A stretch of 13,853 bases of DNA from Promethearchaeota archaeon (GTDB lineage Archaea > Asgardarchaeota > Lokiarchaeia > Sigyniarchaeales > SOKP01). This document shows, one piece after another, positions 1 through 8,122 of the stretch. Positions within the stretch are counted from its first letter, which is position 1. Each line of letters begins with the position of its first letter. Under the pieces are notes generated by a model. It made no database searches. It had not been told where the DNA came from and saw only the letters and a list, made by a program, of their open reading frames with translations. A program made the translations under genes and the position numbers. The stretch is taken from NCBI GenBank assembly GCA_048938855.1, contig JBHLLT010000038.1, forward strand, positions 1,836 to 15,688, written 5' to 3'.

Positions 1-895
1 CCCACATACATGCTGTCTTCGCTCCAAAAGTTCCATCTAAAAATAGTTTTAAAGTACCTACTTTGAATTTGCTGTCCTCCTTTCCTTCATCTAAGGGTGG
101 TTTTTTATATTTTGATAGTTTTTTTGGTTTATTGGTTGATATAAGAGCATACAAATTTTGAAATATTTTATCCTGAATTGATTTGCATATTTCTATTCGC
201 CCACCTTCTTCTTCTATCACACCTTGAATAGAAGTTATGCCATTTGCTGCAAAATCTTTAAAAGCTTTTTCAGAAGATTCCTGTAATATACTAAGTTTGG
301 GAAGTAAGTGTTTGAGGAGTTTTGAAATGAACATATCTAAAACATTTTCTGATATAATACCTGTGATTTCACCCTTTTCATTTTTCCTAACTTCTCCCCC
401 TTCTGGAGCAAATTTATTATAGTCCACATCAATTAATTCTAAAGTTTTCGTGTTGGCAATCCCAATATGCCCGTCATATCTAATTATAAAAACAGGATGA
501 TCAGGACAAACTTCATCTAAATCCCATCGAGTGGGCAATCTGGGAATATCAAATTCTTCTTCTTTCAATCTTAAACCAAAAATCATTTCTCCTTTTGGTT
601 TATGTTCTGCGGCTTCTTTTAATATTGATTGAAGTTCTTTTAAGCTTTTAACAGTAGATAAATCATAATTCAATAATAGAATAATGTATGAAATGGGATG
701 CATATGACTGTCAATAAAACCAGGTAACAGAGAATTTCCTTTTAAATCTATTAATTTGGCATCTTTTCCCATATATTCTTTAACTTCTGGTAAGGTTCCA
801 ATAACAGAAATCTTTTCTCCATTGATACCTACTGCTTCTACTATTGGTTGGTTTTCATTCATTGTAATAATCGGTCCACCATAATAAATACTCAT
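1..895 (-). CDS. Metal-dependent amidohydrolase, YtcJ-like (Amidohydro_3); N-terminal part, runs off the window's left edge
   Basis: Not in the ORF track; translated by hand from ATG at 895: MSIYYGGPIITMNENQPIVEAVGINGEKI...LLPGFIDSHMHP (HxH metal motif)...KVGTLKLFLDGTFGAKTA (matches the YtcJ KLFxDGsLGxxTA motif). The motifs stay in one frame and I saw no stop before position 1. Confidence 0.9.
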   Translation of the reverse strand, partial: MSIYYGGPIITMNENQPIVEAVGINGEKISVIGTLPEVKEYMGKDAKLIDLKGNSLLPGFIDSHMHPISYIILLLNYDLSTVKSLKELQSILKEAAEHKPKGEMIFGLRLKEEEFDIPRLPTRWDLDEVCPDHPVFIIRYDGHIGIANTKTLELIDVDYNKFAPEGGEVRKNEKGEITGIISENVLDMFISKLLKHLLPKLSILQESSEKAFKDFAANGITSIQGVIEEEGGRIEICKSIQDKIFQNLYALISTNKPKKLSKYKKPPLDEGKEDSKFKVGTLKLFLDGTFGAKTACMW

Positions 896-955
896 TTAAC
901 ATAACCTTTTCAATATTAATTAAAATTATATTCTCAAGATTAAATTAAAAATTTA

Positions 956-1534
956 TTACTTTTTCTTTAGTTTAAGTACAATAGATTTTTCTTCTGCGAC
1001 TTTAGTAAGATTTCTTTTAAAAATATTTGATTTAGATTTTACATCTTTTGAATCAATTTTTTCATTTTTAAGTACTTGTGAAGTTACTTTCAGTGCTTTT
1101 TCTATATCCTCAATGGGTAGTAACGCAGCTGCAATACAGTAAAAACTTTTAGATCTACCCTCATTAAAGCTTTTTAACATTAAGTCAAGTAATTCTATTC
1201 TTTTTTGTTGCTGATTGAAGAATTGTTCAATCCCTTTTTCTTTAATTAATTTCAAATTTGAAAGAGAAACACGATGCGATATAAAAGAATCAACTTTGTC
1301 CCACTTATCGATTTTTGGGCATGGAAATTCATTACATTCAGCACAAGTTTCAAATTTATGCTCTTTAACGCAACAAGTGATTATACCACATGAAGGATGC
1401 CTATTTTGAAAATCTGGACCACAACATCCAGGACATCTTGAAGGTCCTTTAGTATAATAAACAGGACATAACCCACAATCCAATCCACAGCATGCAATTG
1501 TAGGATATTCTTTCGTGGCTAGTTGCTTAGTCAT
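956..1534 (-). CDS. DUF3795-like cysteine-rich protein (probable metal/Fe-S binding)
   Basis: 192 aa; CCGLDCGLCP...CPGC...CGIITCC...TCAECNEFPC is the DUF3795 Cys pattern; C-terminal FNEGRSKSFYCIAAALL extension. Confidence 0.8.
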   Translation of the reverse strand: MTKQLATKEYPTIACCGLDCGLCPVYYTKGPSRCPGCCGPDFQNRHPSCGIITCCVKEHKFETCAECNEFPCPKIDKWDKVDSFISHRVSLSNLKLIKEKGIEQFFNQQQKRIELLDLMLKSFNEGRSKSFYCIAAALLPIEDIEKALKVTSQVLKNEKIDSKDVKSKSNIFKRNLTKVAEEKSIVLKLKKK

Positions 1535-1666
1535 TATATAACAAATTAGTAATTCGTTTAATACCTATTACAAGGATTTTAAAAAATAAAAAGATTATAA
1601 GAAAAATATTAAAAATATGAAATAATTCTTAGGATTAATCATTAGGGAAAAACTTGAAATTTTAAA

Positions 1667-4009
1667 ATGAAAGCATCAACATTGAAAAAATTAAATTTAT
1701 TAATTGAAGAAGCTAATGCTCTTAAAGATAAAAATAACTTCTCGAAGGCAATTAAAAAGCTCCAAGAAGCTTTAGATTTTATTAATTTAAAGGTTAAAGA
1801 AGAGGAAGATAAAGTCACTGAAATAGAGAATATAAAAAATGTGATTAACCAAACATATTCTGTTCAAGTGGATAGTGTAATCCAAGTTGGTATACATCAT
1901 ACAGCTCAAAAGAGGTATGATAAAGCAAAAGAGGAATTTCAAAACGCACTAAAGATTATTGAAAATATAGATGACGTTCAGCTGAAAAATGCTGAAGTTG
2001 ATGAAATAAATAAATTGATTAGTGAAAATGATATAGAGCAATTATTAGCCGGTGGACTTGAGTTGAAAAATAAAGGTAACCCCGATGAAGCTTTAGCAAT
2101 ATTTCAAAAGGCATTAAGTATTGCTGAGAAGATTTATCAAAACAAATTTAGTTCAGAAGGTATTTTAAGAATTAAAAATGAGATTGCCCTTATTTATGAT
2201 TCCCAGATTGATAAAATTATAGAAAATGGTAAGGATCTTAAAAAAAATGGACAAAACGATGAGGCTATTAAAATTTTTGAAAATGCTTTAAATACTATTA
2301 AAATGTATTTTGATCCAAAAGATAAAAAAACCCAAATTAGTACTATCAAGAACCAGATTAATGAAATCTATTCGAATCGAATTAAACCTTTATCTGTAAG
2401 GGGAAAAGATTTATTACAACAAAACTTAATGGACCAAGCAATTACTGAGTTTAAAAATGCTTTATCAATAGCGAATAAAATGTACGATTCTGATTTAAAA
2501 ACCCTTGAATTAAGTCTTCTTGCCGAAGTATTAAACCCTATTTACATTGATGAAATTGATTCACTCATTCAAAAAGGTAAGGAAATTACACAAAAAGACA
2601 ATTATGCTGAATCTATATCATTAGTCAATGAAGCTGTCGATAAATTCTATCAAGCTTCTGATATAATAAAAAATATGGTTCAATCAGAATTAACAGATAT
2701 TAAAGTAAATGAAATTAATGAATTGATCAATATTTCATGTCTAGCTGGAATTAATGTAATTAAAGATAAATCTATTCAGGTTATAGTTCAAAAAAAATAT
2801 GAGGAGGTAGTGAGTGATTTATATTCTGCTTTAAGTTTAGCGAAAAGAATGCCATACCCGGAAGATCAAAATCCAGAATTAGAGAATCTAAAAAACTTAG
2901 TTAATAAGGTTTATTTGGCTGAAGTAACTGAAGTTGTAAATAAAGCAGACAAATTGGTAGAAAAAAAAGAGTTCCAAAATGCAATAGATACCTATAATGA
3001 AGCATTGATTATGACCAATAAAATGTATTTAACAACTGAAATGGAAAAAGAAGTTCGTAAGATTAAAAGTTTGATCTATGAAACGGAAATCAAACAATTA
3101 GTTGGAAAAGGAGAAGTAACAGAAGAACAGAAATTAAAAGAGAAAGAGATCGAAAAACTCAAAAAACGACTCGAATATGCCCAAACTATAGATGATCCTG
3201 AACGACGAGTAGCAGAAATGACAAAGATTAAAAAATTGATTGATGAAGTCCATTCAGAGGAAATTAAATTATTAATAGAACAAGGGAATCAACTAGCTGA
3301 TTTAAAAAAATTTGATGACGCCTTTAATTTCTACGAAAAAGCATTAAAAGTCAATGAAATGATGGAATCACCAGATGTAAAAAATAAGGATCTAATTAAA
3401 ACATCTTATAAAAAAGAATTAATCAATCGAGCGAAATTTGAATTAGAAAATCGAAATTATGATAAATCAATTGAACAGTGTACCCGAGCTCTAGAATTAG
3501 ATGATATTTTTGTTGATGCATATCATTATCTCGGTCTTAATTATTACTATAAGAAAAATTATACACTTTCAATAGACAATTTTCAAAGAGCTGTAGATTA
3601 TGATAAAAATTATTTTGAATCATGGAAATGGTTAGGATTAACGTATGAAGCAAAGGAAGATTATGATAATGCTCTCGAAAATATAAGTAAATCAGTAGAA
3701 ATAAATCCTAATTATGCGGACGGTTGGTTTAACTTAGGAAATGTGTATAAATTACGAGGAGAATTTGATAAGGCTATTGAAAGTTATGATAAAGCAACAG
3801 AAGTAGAAGTTGAATTCGCGAATGCATGGTTCTTCAAAGGAATTGCATATTTTGATAAAAAAGATTATAATAATGCTGTTCTCAGTATTGAAAAGGCAAT
3901 TAAATTAGACCCAAATCTGGGTAAAGACATCACTACTCATGTAAAAGACTTTAAAAATGTTATCGAAAAACTTCAAGAGGATCTTTCGATGTCCTTTATT
4001 AAGAGATAA
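1667..4009 (+). CDS. Large helical-repeat protein: about 10 N-terminal 55-65 aa repeats plus about 5 canonical C-terminal TPRs
   Basis: 780 aa; C-terminal 34-aa TPRs (e.g. ADGWFNLGNVYKLRGEFDKAIESYDKATEV, ANAWFFKGIAYFDKKDYNNAVLSIEKAIKLDPN); recurring I.xLIxxG..L.....xxA...FxxAL units in the N-terminal region. Confidence 0.88.
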   Translation: MKASTLKKLNLLIEEANALKDKNNFSKAIKKLQEALDFINLKVKEEEDKVTEIENIKNVINQTYSVQVDSVIQVGIHHTAQKRYDKAKEEFQNALKIIENIDDVQLKNAEVDEINKLISENDIEQLLAGGLELKNKGNPDEALAIFQKALSIAEKIYQNKFSSEGILRIKNEIALIYDSQIDKIIENGKDLKKNGQNDEAIKIFENALNTIKMYFDPKDKKTQISTIKNQINEIYSNRIKPLSVRGKDLLQQNLMDQAITEFKNALSIANKMYDSDLKTLELSLLAEVLNPIYIDEIDSLIQKGKEITQKDNYAESISLVNEAVDKFYQASDIIKNMVQSELTDIKVNEINELINISCLAGINVIKDKSIQVIVQKKYEEVVSDLYSALSLAKRMPYPEDQNPELENLKNLVNKVYLAEVTEVVNKADKLVEKKEFQNAIDTYNEALIMTNKMYLTTEMEKEVRKIKSLIYETEIKQLVGKGEVTEEQKLKEKEIEKLKKRLEYAQTIDDPERRVAEMTKIKKLIDEVHSEEIKLLIEQGNQLADLKKFDDAFNFYEKALKVNEMMESPDVKNKDLIKTSYKKELINRAKFELENRNYDKSIEQCTRALELDDIFVDAYHYLGLNYYYKKNYTLSIDNFQRAVDYDKNYFESWKWLGLTYEAKEDYDNALENISKSVEINPNYADGWFNLGNVYKLRGEFDKAIESYDKATEVEVEFANAWFFKGIAYFDKKDYNNAVLSIEKAIKLDPNLGKDITTHVKDFKNVIEKLQEDLSMSFIKR

Positions 4010-4067
4010 TCGTCTTCTTTAATGTAGTTCATATTTTGTCTCGTTATTAATTGAAATCACCAAAATT

Positions 4068-4088
4068 AAAAGATGATCTTTTTGTTTT
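4068..4088 (+). terminator. Possible oligo-T terminator between the convergent TPR and permease genes
   Basis: AAAAGAT-G-ATCTTTT palindrome running into TTTTTGTTTT; an A-run near 4101-4108 gives a T-run on the minus strand. Confidence 0.35.
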
Positions 4089-4115
4089 AAAATAAAAATT
4101 AAAAAAAAGAAACAA

Positions 4116-5729
4116 TTATTCAATTTTCTTTAAGTGTCTTAGACCTGTAAAGAATAAAGGAAGCGCTATCGCAAGGTGTATGGAAATGAATAATACAGTA
4201 GGAGTTAATTCCCAAGTTGTGATTTCCGGTAATATTCCGCTCAACCAAACCATTAAAAATATGAAGCCTGTAAGTACTCCCATTTGGATACTCATAAGTT
4301 TAAACATATTCAATCCCATGAATTTTCCCTTTTCTTCGAATGCGGGACTAAATCCCTGTATTCCAATTGCTTCAATCAGTACCAGTATCCCATAAGATAA
4401 ATAGGATATGATAAAAACAACCACATAAAACGCATCAAATTGAAATAGAATAGTAAAGAATATTGTTACAACCAAAGCTAATATTATATTGATAATAAAC
4501 ATCGATATTATGAAGGAATAGACAAGACTGTTTACATTCCTAGGACTCCGCTTATACACCCATAATAAGTCTTTACTGCCTACAAAGATGAAATTCCCAA
4601 GCATAAGCCCATAGAGGAGTCCTCCCATGAATATTACCATAAATACTTTAAATCCACCGGATATGAAATCGTTGGCAGCTCCACTTACAGAAAATGAAAA
4701 AATCAATCCATAAACACAGGTAATCCCACCTAAATAAACTAATTTCATGATATTTTCTTTTTTTCGGAAAAATTCCTTGAACTGAGTGATTACTAATCCC
4801 TCCCATTTTACACCTAAAATCCATCTATTCAATTTGTAAAAGGCATTTTCTTTCTTTATAATAGAACTCGTTTTCTCAACTCCCCCTTCTAGGGTGTAGA
4901 AAACATCTGCTTTTTTATAAGAAAGGTATGAGATTAATAAAGGTACGAGAATTGTTAGAGCTAAACTCATCCATATATTTAAGATATAAGGGTTTAATAA
5001 TCCAGGATCAAAAGTATAGAGTATTATATTAGAAAACCATAGAGGCGGATACCACATAAAATAATTTTTAAGCTCTGGATTTTCCAAGATGAACTGAAAG
5101 CCAAACTGTAATGAGTAAATGAGAGCGACCATTCCAATTGTAAGTAAAATCAATAAAACTTTAGCATAATCTCGTGCTTTTTCACTCTTAGCAATCTTAC
5201 GTTCCAGCCAACTCATGATTATACTACCAATTAAGGTTGCCAAAAATACAAGACCAAATACACATATATAAATTACCAAAGTCTGGACAAACGACAAATT
5301 AAAAATTGGATTCAGCATATTTACAAAGATGGGTGTGAGAGCAAATACGAAAGAGAAAAGAATGGGCATCTTTCCTAAGAACTCTCCCAAAAAGATATCT
5401 CCTGCACTAATTGGGGATGCCAACAGGATTTCTTTAAATCCAATCTCAGTTTTACGATACACGTTATTAAGAGGATACATCATAATTACAATAAAGAAGA
5501 TCATCATAACTTGTTCTATAATCATCGCTATAGATGGAATCAAAATTGTAGAGATCTCCTCCATCCCGGCCAAGGTTGGCATAAATTGGTCAAATATGAA
5601 TGGACAAAGATAAAATGCCCAAAAGATTAGGAAAGAATATAAAACTAAGAAAAATGCTTTTCTATTTTTGCGAAATTTTGAAGTCCTAAGTCTGACTTCA
5701 TTCATAGCAATTTTCGTCCATAAAGCCAT
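4116..5729 (-). CDS. ABC exporter permease (polytopic, two fused permease-like halves)
   Basis: 537 aa, about 12-14 hydrophobic segments; EILLASPISAGDIFLGEF ABC-2-type coupling motif in the first half and LWVYKRSPRNVNSLVYS in the second; begins 6 bp after the ATPase stop. Confidence 0.8.
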   Translation of the reverse strand: MALWTKIAMNEVRLRTSKFRKNRKAFFLVLYSFLIFWAFYLCPFIFDQFMPTLAGMEEISTILIPSIAMIIEQVMMIFFIVIMMYPLNNVYRKTEIGFKEILLASPISAGDIFLGEFLGKMPILFSFVFALTPIFVNMLNPIFNLSFVQTLVIYICVFGLVFLATLIGSIIMSWLERKIAKSEKARDYAKVLLILLTIGMVALIYSLQFGFQFILENPELKNYFMWYPPLWFSNIILYTFDPGLLNPYILNIWMSLALTILVPLLISYLSYKKADVFYTLEGGVEKTSSIIKKENAFYKLNRWILGVKWEGLVITQFKEFFRKKENIMKLVYLGGITCVYGLIFSFSVSGAANDFISGGFKVFMVIFMGGLLYGLMLGNFIFVGSKDLLWVYKRSPRNVNSLVYSFIISMFIINIILALVVTIFFTILFQFDAFYVVVFIISYLSYGILVLIEAIGIQGFSPAFEEKGKFMGLNMFKLMSIQMGVLTGFIFLMVWLSGILPEITTWELTPTVLFISIHLAIALPLFFTGLRHLKKIE

Positions 5730-5735
5730 AATCTA

Positions 5736-6551
5736 TCACTTCCCTTTCTTTTTTTTTTTCTTATTAGGGTTTTCACTATTTAGACCATTTTCACGCCACG
5801 ATAATAAGTCTTCTAGATGCTTTGCCCCCATAATTTTAAGGTATGCATCTTCTAGATCTTTTGCATTTTGAGATTCAATAATATCGTTTGGACGACCTTC
5901 CAATTTCAAAGTCCCTTTATCAATTATACCTATAATATCGCATAACTCTTCAGCTGCATCAAGTAAATGAGTACAGATAAAAATAGTTTTATCTGCTTTC
6001 TTCGCTAAATCTGATATAAGATCTTTAACCATTCTCGCTGCTGCAGGATCTAGATTAGATGTAGGTTCATCCAAAAAAATAATCTTGGGATCCTGAATTA
6101 AAGCTGCACAAAGACAAACCTTCTGTTTCATTCCACGCGAATATCCTTCAAGCAAATCGTTTTCACGCCCTTCAAGGTCAAATAGATCAAGGAGCTCATC
6201 TATACGACTTGCAATAGTTGCTTTCGGTAAATAATACAATTCGCCGATAAACTCTAAGAATTCTTTCGCTGTTAATTTTTGATATAATCCAGGAGATTCT
6301 GGTAGAAAACCACAGATCATCTTCACATCATTTGCTTGAGTGAGAATATCATAACCCCCAATTGAGGCTGTACCATTTGAGGGGGAAATAATAGCATTTA
6401 ACATCCTAACTGTGGTGGTTTTTCCTGCACCATTAGGCCCCAGAAGACCATAGGTACTCCCATACGGAATCTCAATATTTAAATCTCTTACAGCTACAAT
6501 ATTACCAAAATTCTTTGTGAGATTTTTGGTCATTATCGCATATTTTTCCAT
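5736..6551 (-). CDS. ABC transporter ATP-binding protein (ABC-2/drug exporter type)
   Basis: Walker A GPNGAGKTT, signature YSRGMKQK, Walker B IIFLDEPT, H-loop CTHLL. Confidence 0.96.
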   Translation of the reverse strand: MEKYAIMTKNLTKNFGNIVAVRDLNIEIPYGSTYGLLGPNGAGKTTTVRMLNAIISPSNGTASIGGYDILTQANDVKMICGFLPESPGLYQKLTAKEFLEFIGELYYLPKATIASRIDELLDLFDLEGRENDLLEGYSRGMKQKVCLCAALIQDPKIIFLDEPTSNLDPAAARMVKDLISDLAKKADKTIFICTHLLDAAEELCDIIGIIDKGTLKLEGRPNDIIESQNAKDLEDAYLKIMGAKHLEDLLSWRENGLNSENPNKKKKKKGK

Positions 6552-6610
6552 TTTTTTCTCTATACACTTCCAAAATTTTTCTGTTTTTTTTTTATTTATT
6601 TTATAGATTT

Positions 6611-7030
6611 TTAATTCTCAGCTTCTTTTTCGAATAGATCCTCAAAGTTCATTCCTAATCCCTTGGCAATTTTAACTAATACATTATCATTAAAAATTGA
6701 ACTTACCTCTTCGTCGTCTATTTCGCTCAAAGAAGCCAATTGTTCGAGACTGATATCAGCAACATTAGCAATCTCTCTTAATTCTGCTAATGGTTTACCC
6801 TCTAAGATATCTTTAATTACTGGTTCTTGATAAAAAATCTCATCTATAGGTTTTTTCAAGATTTCCGATATTTTAAAAGATATTGTCAAGGATGGATTAT
6901 ATGAACCCCGTTCTAAGTAATATATTGTCTGGCGAGAAACTCCTACAAGATTAGCTAATTCTAACTGGGACAAATTTAATTCCTCCCTGAATTGCCTTAC
7001 TCTTGAAGCGATTTTTTTCTTAAATTTCAA
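6611..7030 (-). CDS. XRE/Cro-CI family HTH transcriptional regulator with a second, degenerate C-terminal HTH-like region
   Basis: REELNLSQLELANLVGVSRQTIYYLERGSYNPSL...KISEIL is a canonical HTH_3; TTG start preceded by GGTGA SD (minus strand GGTGAGAACGG-TTG). Confidence 0.9.
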   Translation of the reverse strand: MKFKKKIASRVRQFREELNLSQLELANLVGVSRQTIYYLERGSYNPSLTISFKISEILKKPIDEIFYQEPVIKDILEGKPLAELREIANVADISLEQLASLSEIDDEEVSSIFNDNVLVKIAKGLGMNFEDLFEKEAEN

Positions 7031-7094
7031 CCGTTCTCACCATTTACTCAATTTGGAGTTAAAATAATCAAAATATTAAAAAAAATGTTCAATT

Positions 7095-7922
7095 TTAAGC
7101 TAATTTAAACAAATCTTCTATTTTACAATGAAGTACTTCCGCAATTTTGTATGCTAATGCTAAACTTGGATTATATCGACCTTCTTCTAAGAAATTTATC
7201 GTTTGAATTGGTACTCCCACTTTTTCAGCTAAAACGGCAGGGCTCATATTAATACTTTCTCTTTTTTCTCTGATAGTTGTCTTTAAAGATTCTCCTTCTC
7301 GCATTTTCGAAAGGATATAACTAATAAAATTATCAAAAGCAAGTTCTTCCGGTTTAAAGATTTTATCTTCTAATCCGCTTGGAATCTGAGAATATTTTGT
7401 CATCATTTCTATTATTTTGTTCTCAATTATGTATGGATCCTCAAGCCCTGGAATAAGACCTTCAGGACGTACATTGCCTCCACCACCCCCTCCGGCACCA
7501 CTAGCTCCTGCTGTCTCTATTTTTACAGTATAGATCTTATATAATCTATCGAAAACACCATTAACAATATTAATGTTTTGAATTCGAGTATAAGGAATTG
7601 TTGCTCTTTTCTTTGTAAAAACTCCATGGCGAATTATTATGTTATTTTCGGATATTTCATAAGAATACAGTTTTACATATTTATTAAGATACCACAGTGA
7701 GAATGGTATTACAATAACCAAGGGCAGCAATACAGAGTAAATTATCAGCCAAAGAAACAGACTCAATGTAAAGACTAATGGATCAAAAAAGTAGCTTAGC
7801 CAATATGTCAAGATCATCCAAACTGCATAAAATACAATATACCCTAGAATAATTTTAATAATTGATTTTTTCGTGTAACTTCGAGAAATACCACCTTCAT
7901 ATGCAAAGTCTTTTTGACTCAT
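7095..7922 (-). CDS. Membrane protein: 2 TM helices + bacterial PH domain (bPH_2, YdbS-like) + C-terminal XRE HTH
   Basis: Two N-terminal hydrophobic segments; YSYEISENNIIIRHGVFTKKRATIPYTRIQNINIVNGVFDRLYKIYTVKIETAG is typical bPH_2; C-terminal REKRESINMSPAVLAEKVGVPIQTINFLEEGRYNPSLALAYKIAEVL is an XRE HTH; GGAGG SD at 7932-7936 on the minus strand. Confidence 0.88.
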   Translation of the reverse strand: MSQKDFAYEGGISRSYTKKSIIKIILGYIVFYAVWMILTYWLSYFFDPLVFTLSLFLWLIIYSVLLPLVIVIPFSLWYLNKYVKLYSYEISENNIIIRHGVFTKKRATIPYTRIQNINIVNGVFDRLYKIYTVKIETAGASGAGGGGGGNVRPEGLIPGLEDPYIIENKIIEMMTKYSQIPSGLEDKIFKPEELAFDNFISYILSKMREGESLKTTIREKRESINMSPAVLAEKVGVPIQTINFLEEGRYNPSLALAYKIAEVLHCKIEDLFKLA

Positions 7923-8036
7923 TTTATTTTTCCTCCATTTTATTTTAAATTTATTTTTATATATGTAAACTATAATTGTACTAATAATTTAGGCTTTTAA
8001 ACCCCGAAATGTGTTATTTCGAAATTTTTATTCCTT

Positions 8037-8055
8037 ATGTAATATTTATTTACAT
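8037..8055. promoter_or_regulatory. Palindromic putative XRE operator ATGTAA-N7-TTACAT
   Basis: Perfect 6-bp arms, immediately downstream of the minus-strand TATA box. Confidence 0.55.
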
Positions 8056-8058
8056 TAA

Positions 8059-8073
8059 TATTTAAATGTTTCG
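8059..8073 (-). promoter_or_regulatory. Archaeal BRE-TATA promoter for the PH-XRE/XRE/ABC cluster
   Basis: Minus strand reads CGAAACA-TTTAAATA, about 140 bp upstream of the ATG at 7922. Confidence 0.5.
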
Positions 8074-8122
8074 TTTTAATTCTTAAATGTTGCTTCTGGG
8101 ATTCTTTATCCTATTTTAATTG

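Noticed and set aside
237-422. 61-aa + strand ORF
   Set aside because: Antisense shadow of the amidohydrolase
1215-1409. 64-aa + strand ORF
   Set aside because: Antisense to the DUF3795-like gene, no motif
5733-5738. TGA stops as possible selenocysteine readthrough (also at 11977 and 13214)
   Set aside because: Each is followed immediately or within a few codons by TAG/TAA, and none sits in a redox motif
4180-5871. Three short + strand ORFs (4180-4395, 5329-5613, 5668-5871)
   Set aside because: Antisense shadows of the permease and ATPase genes
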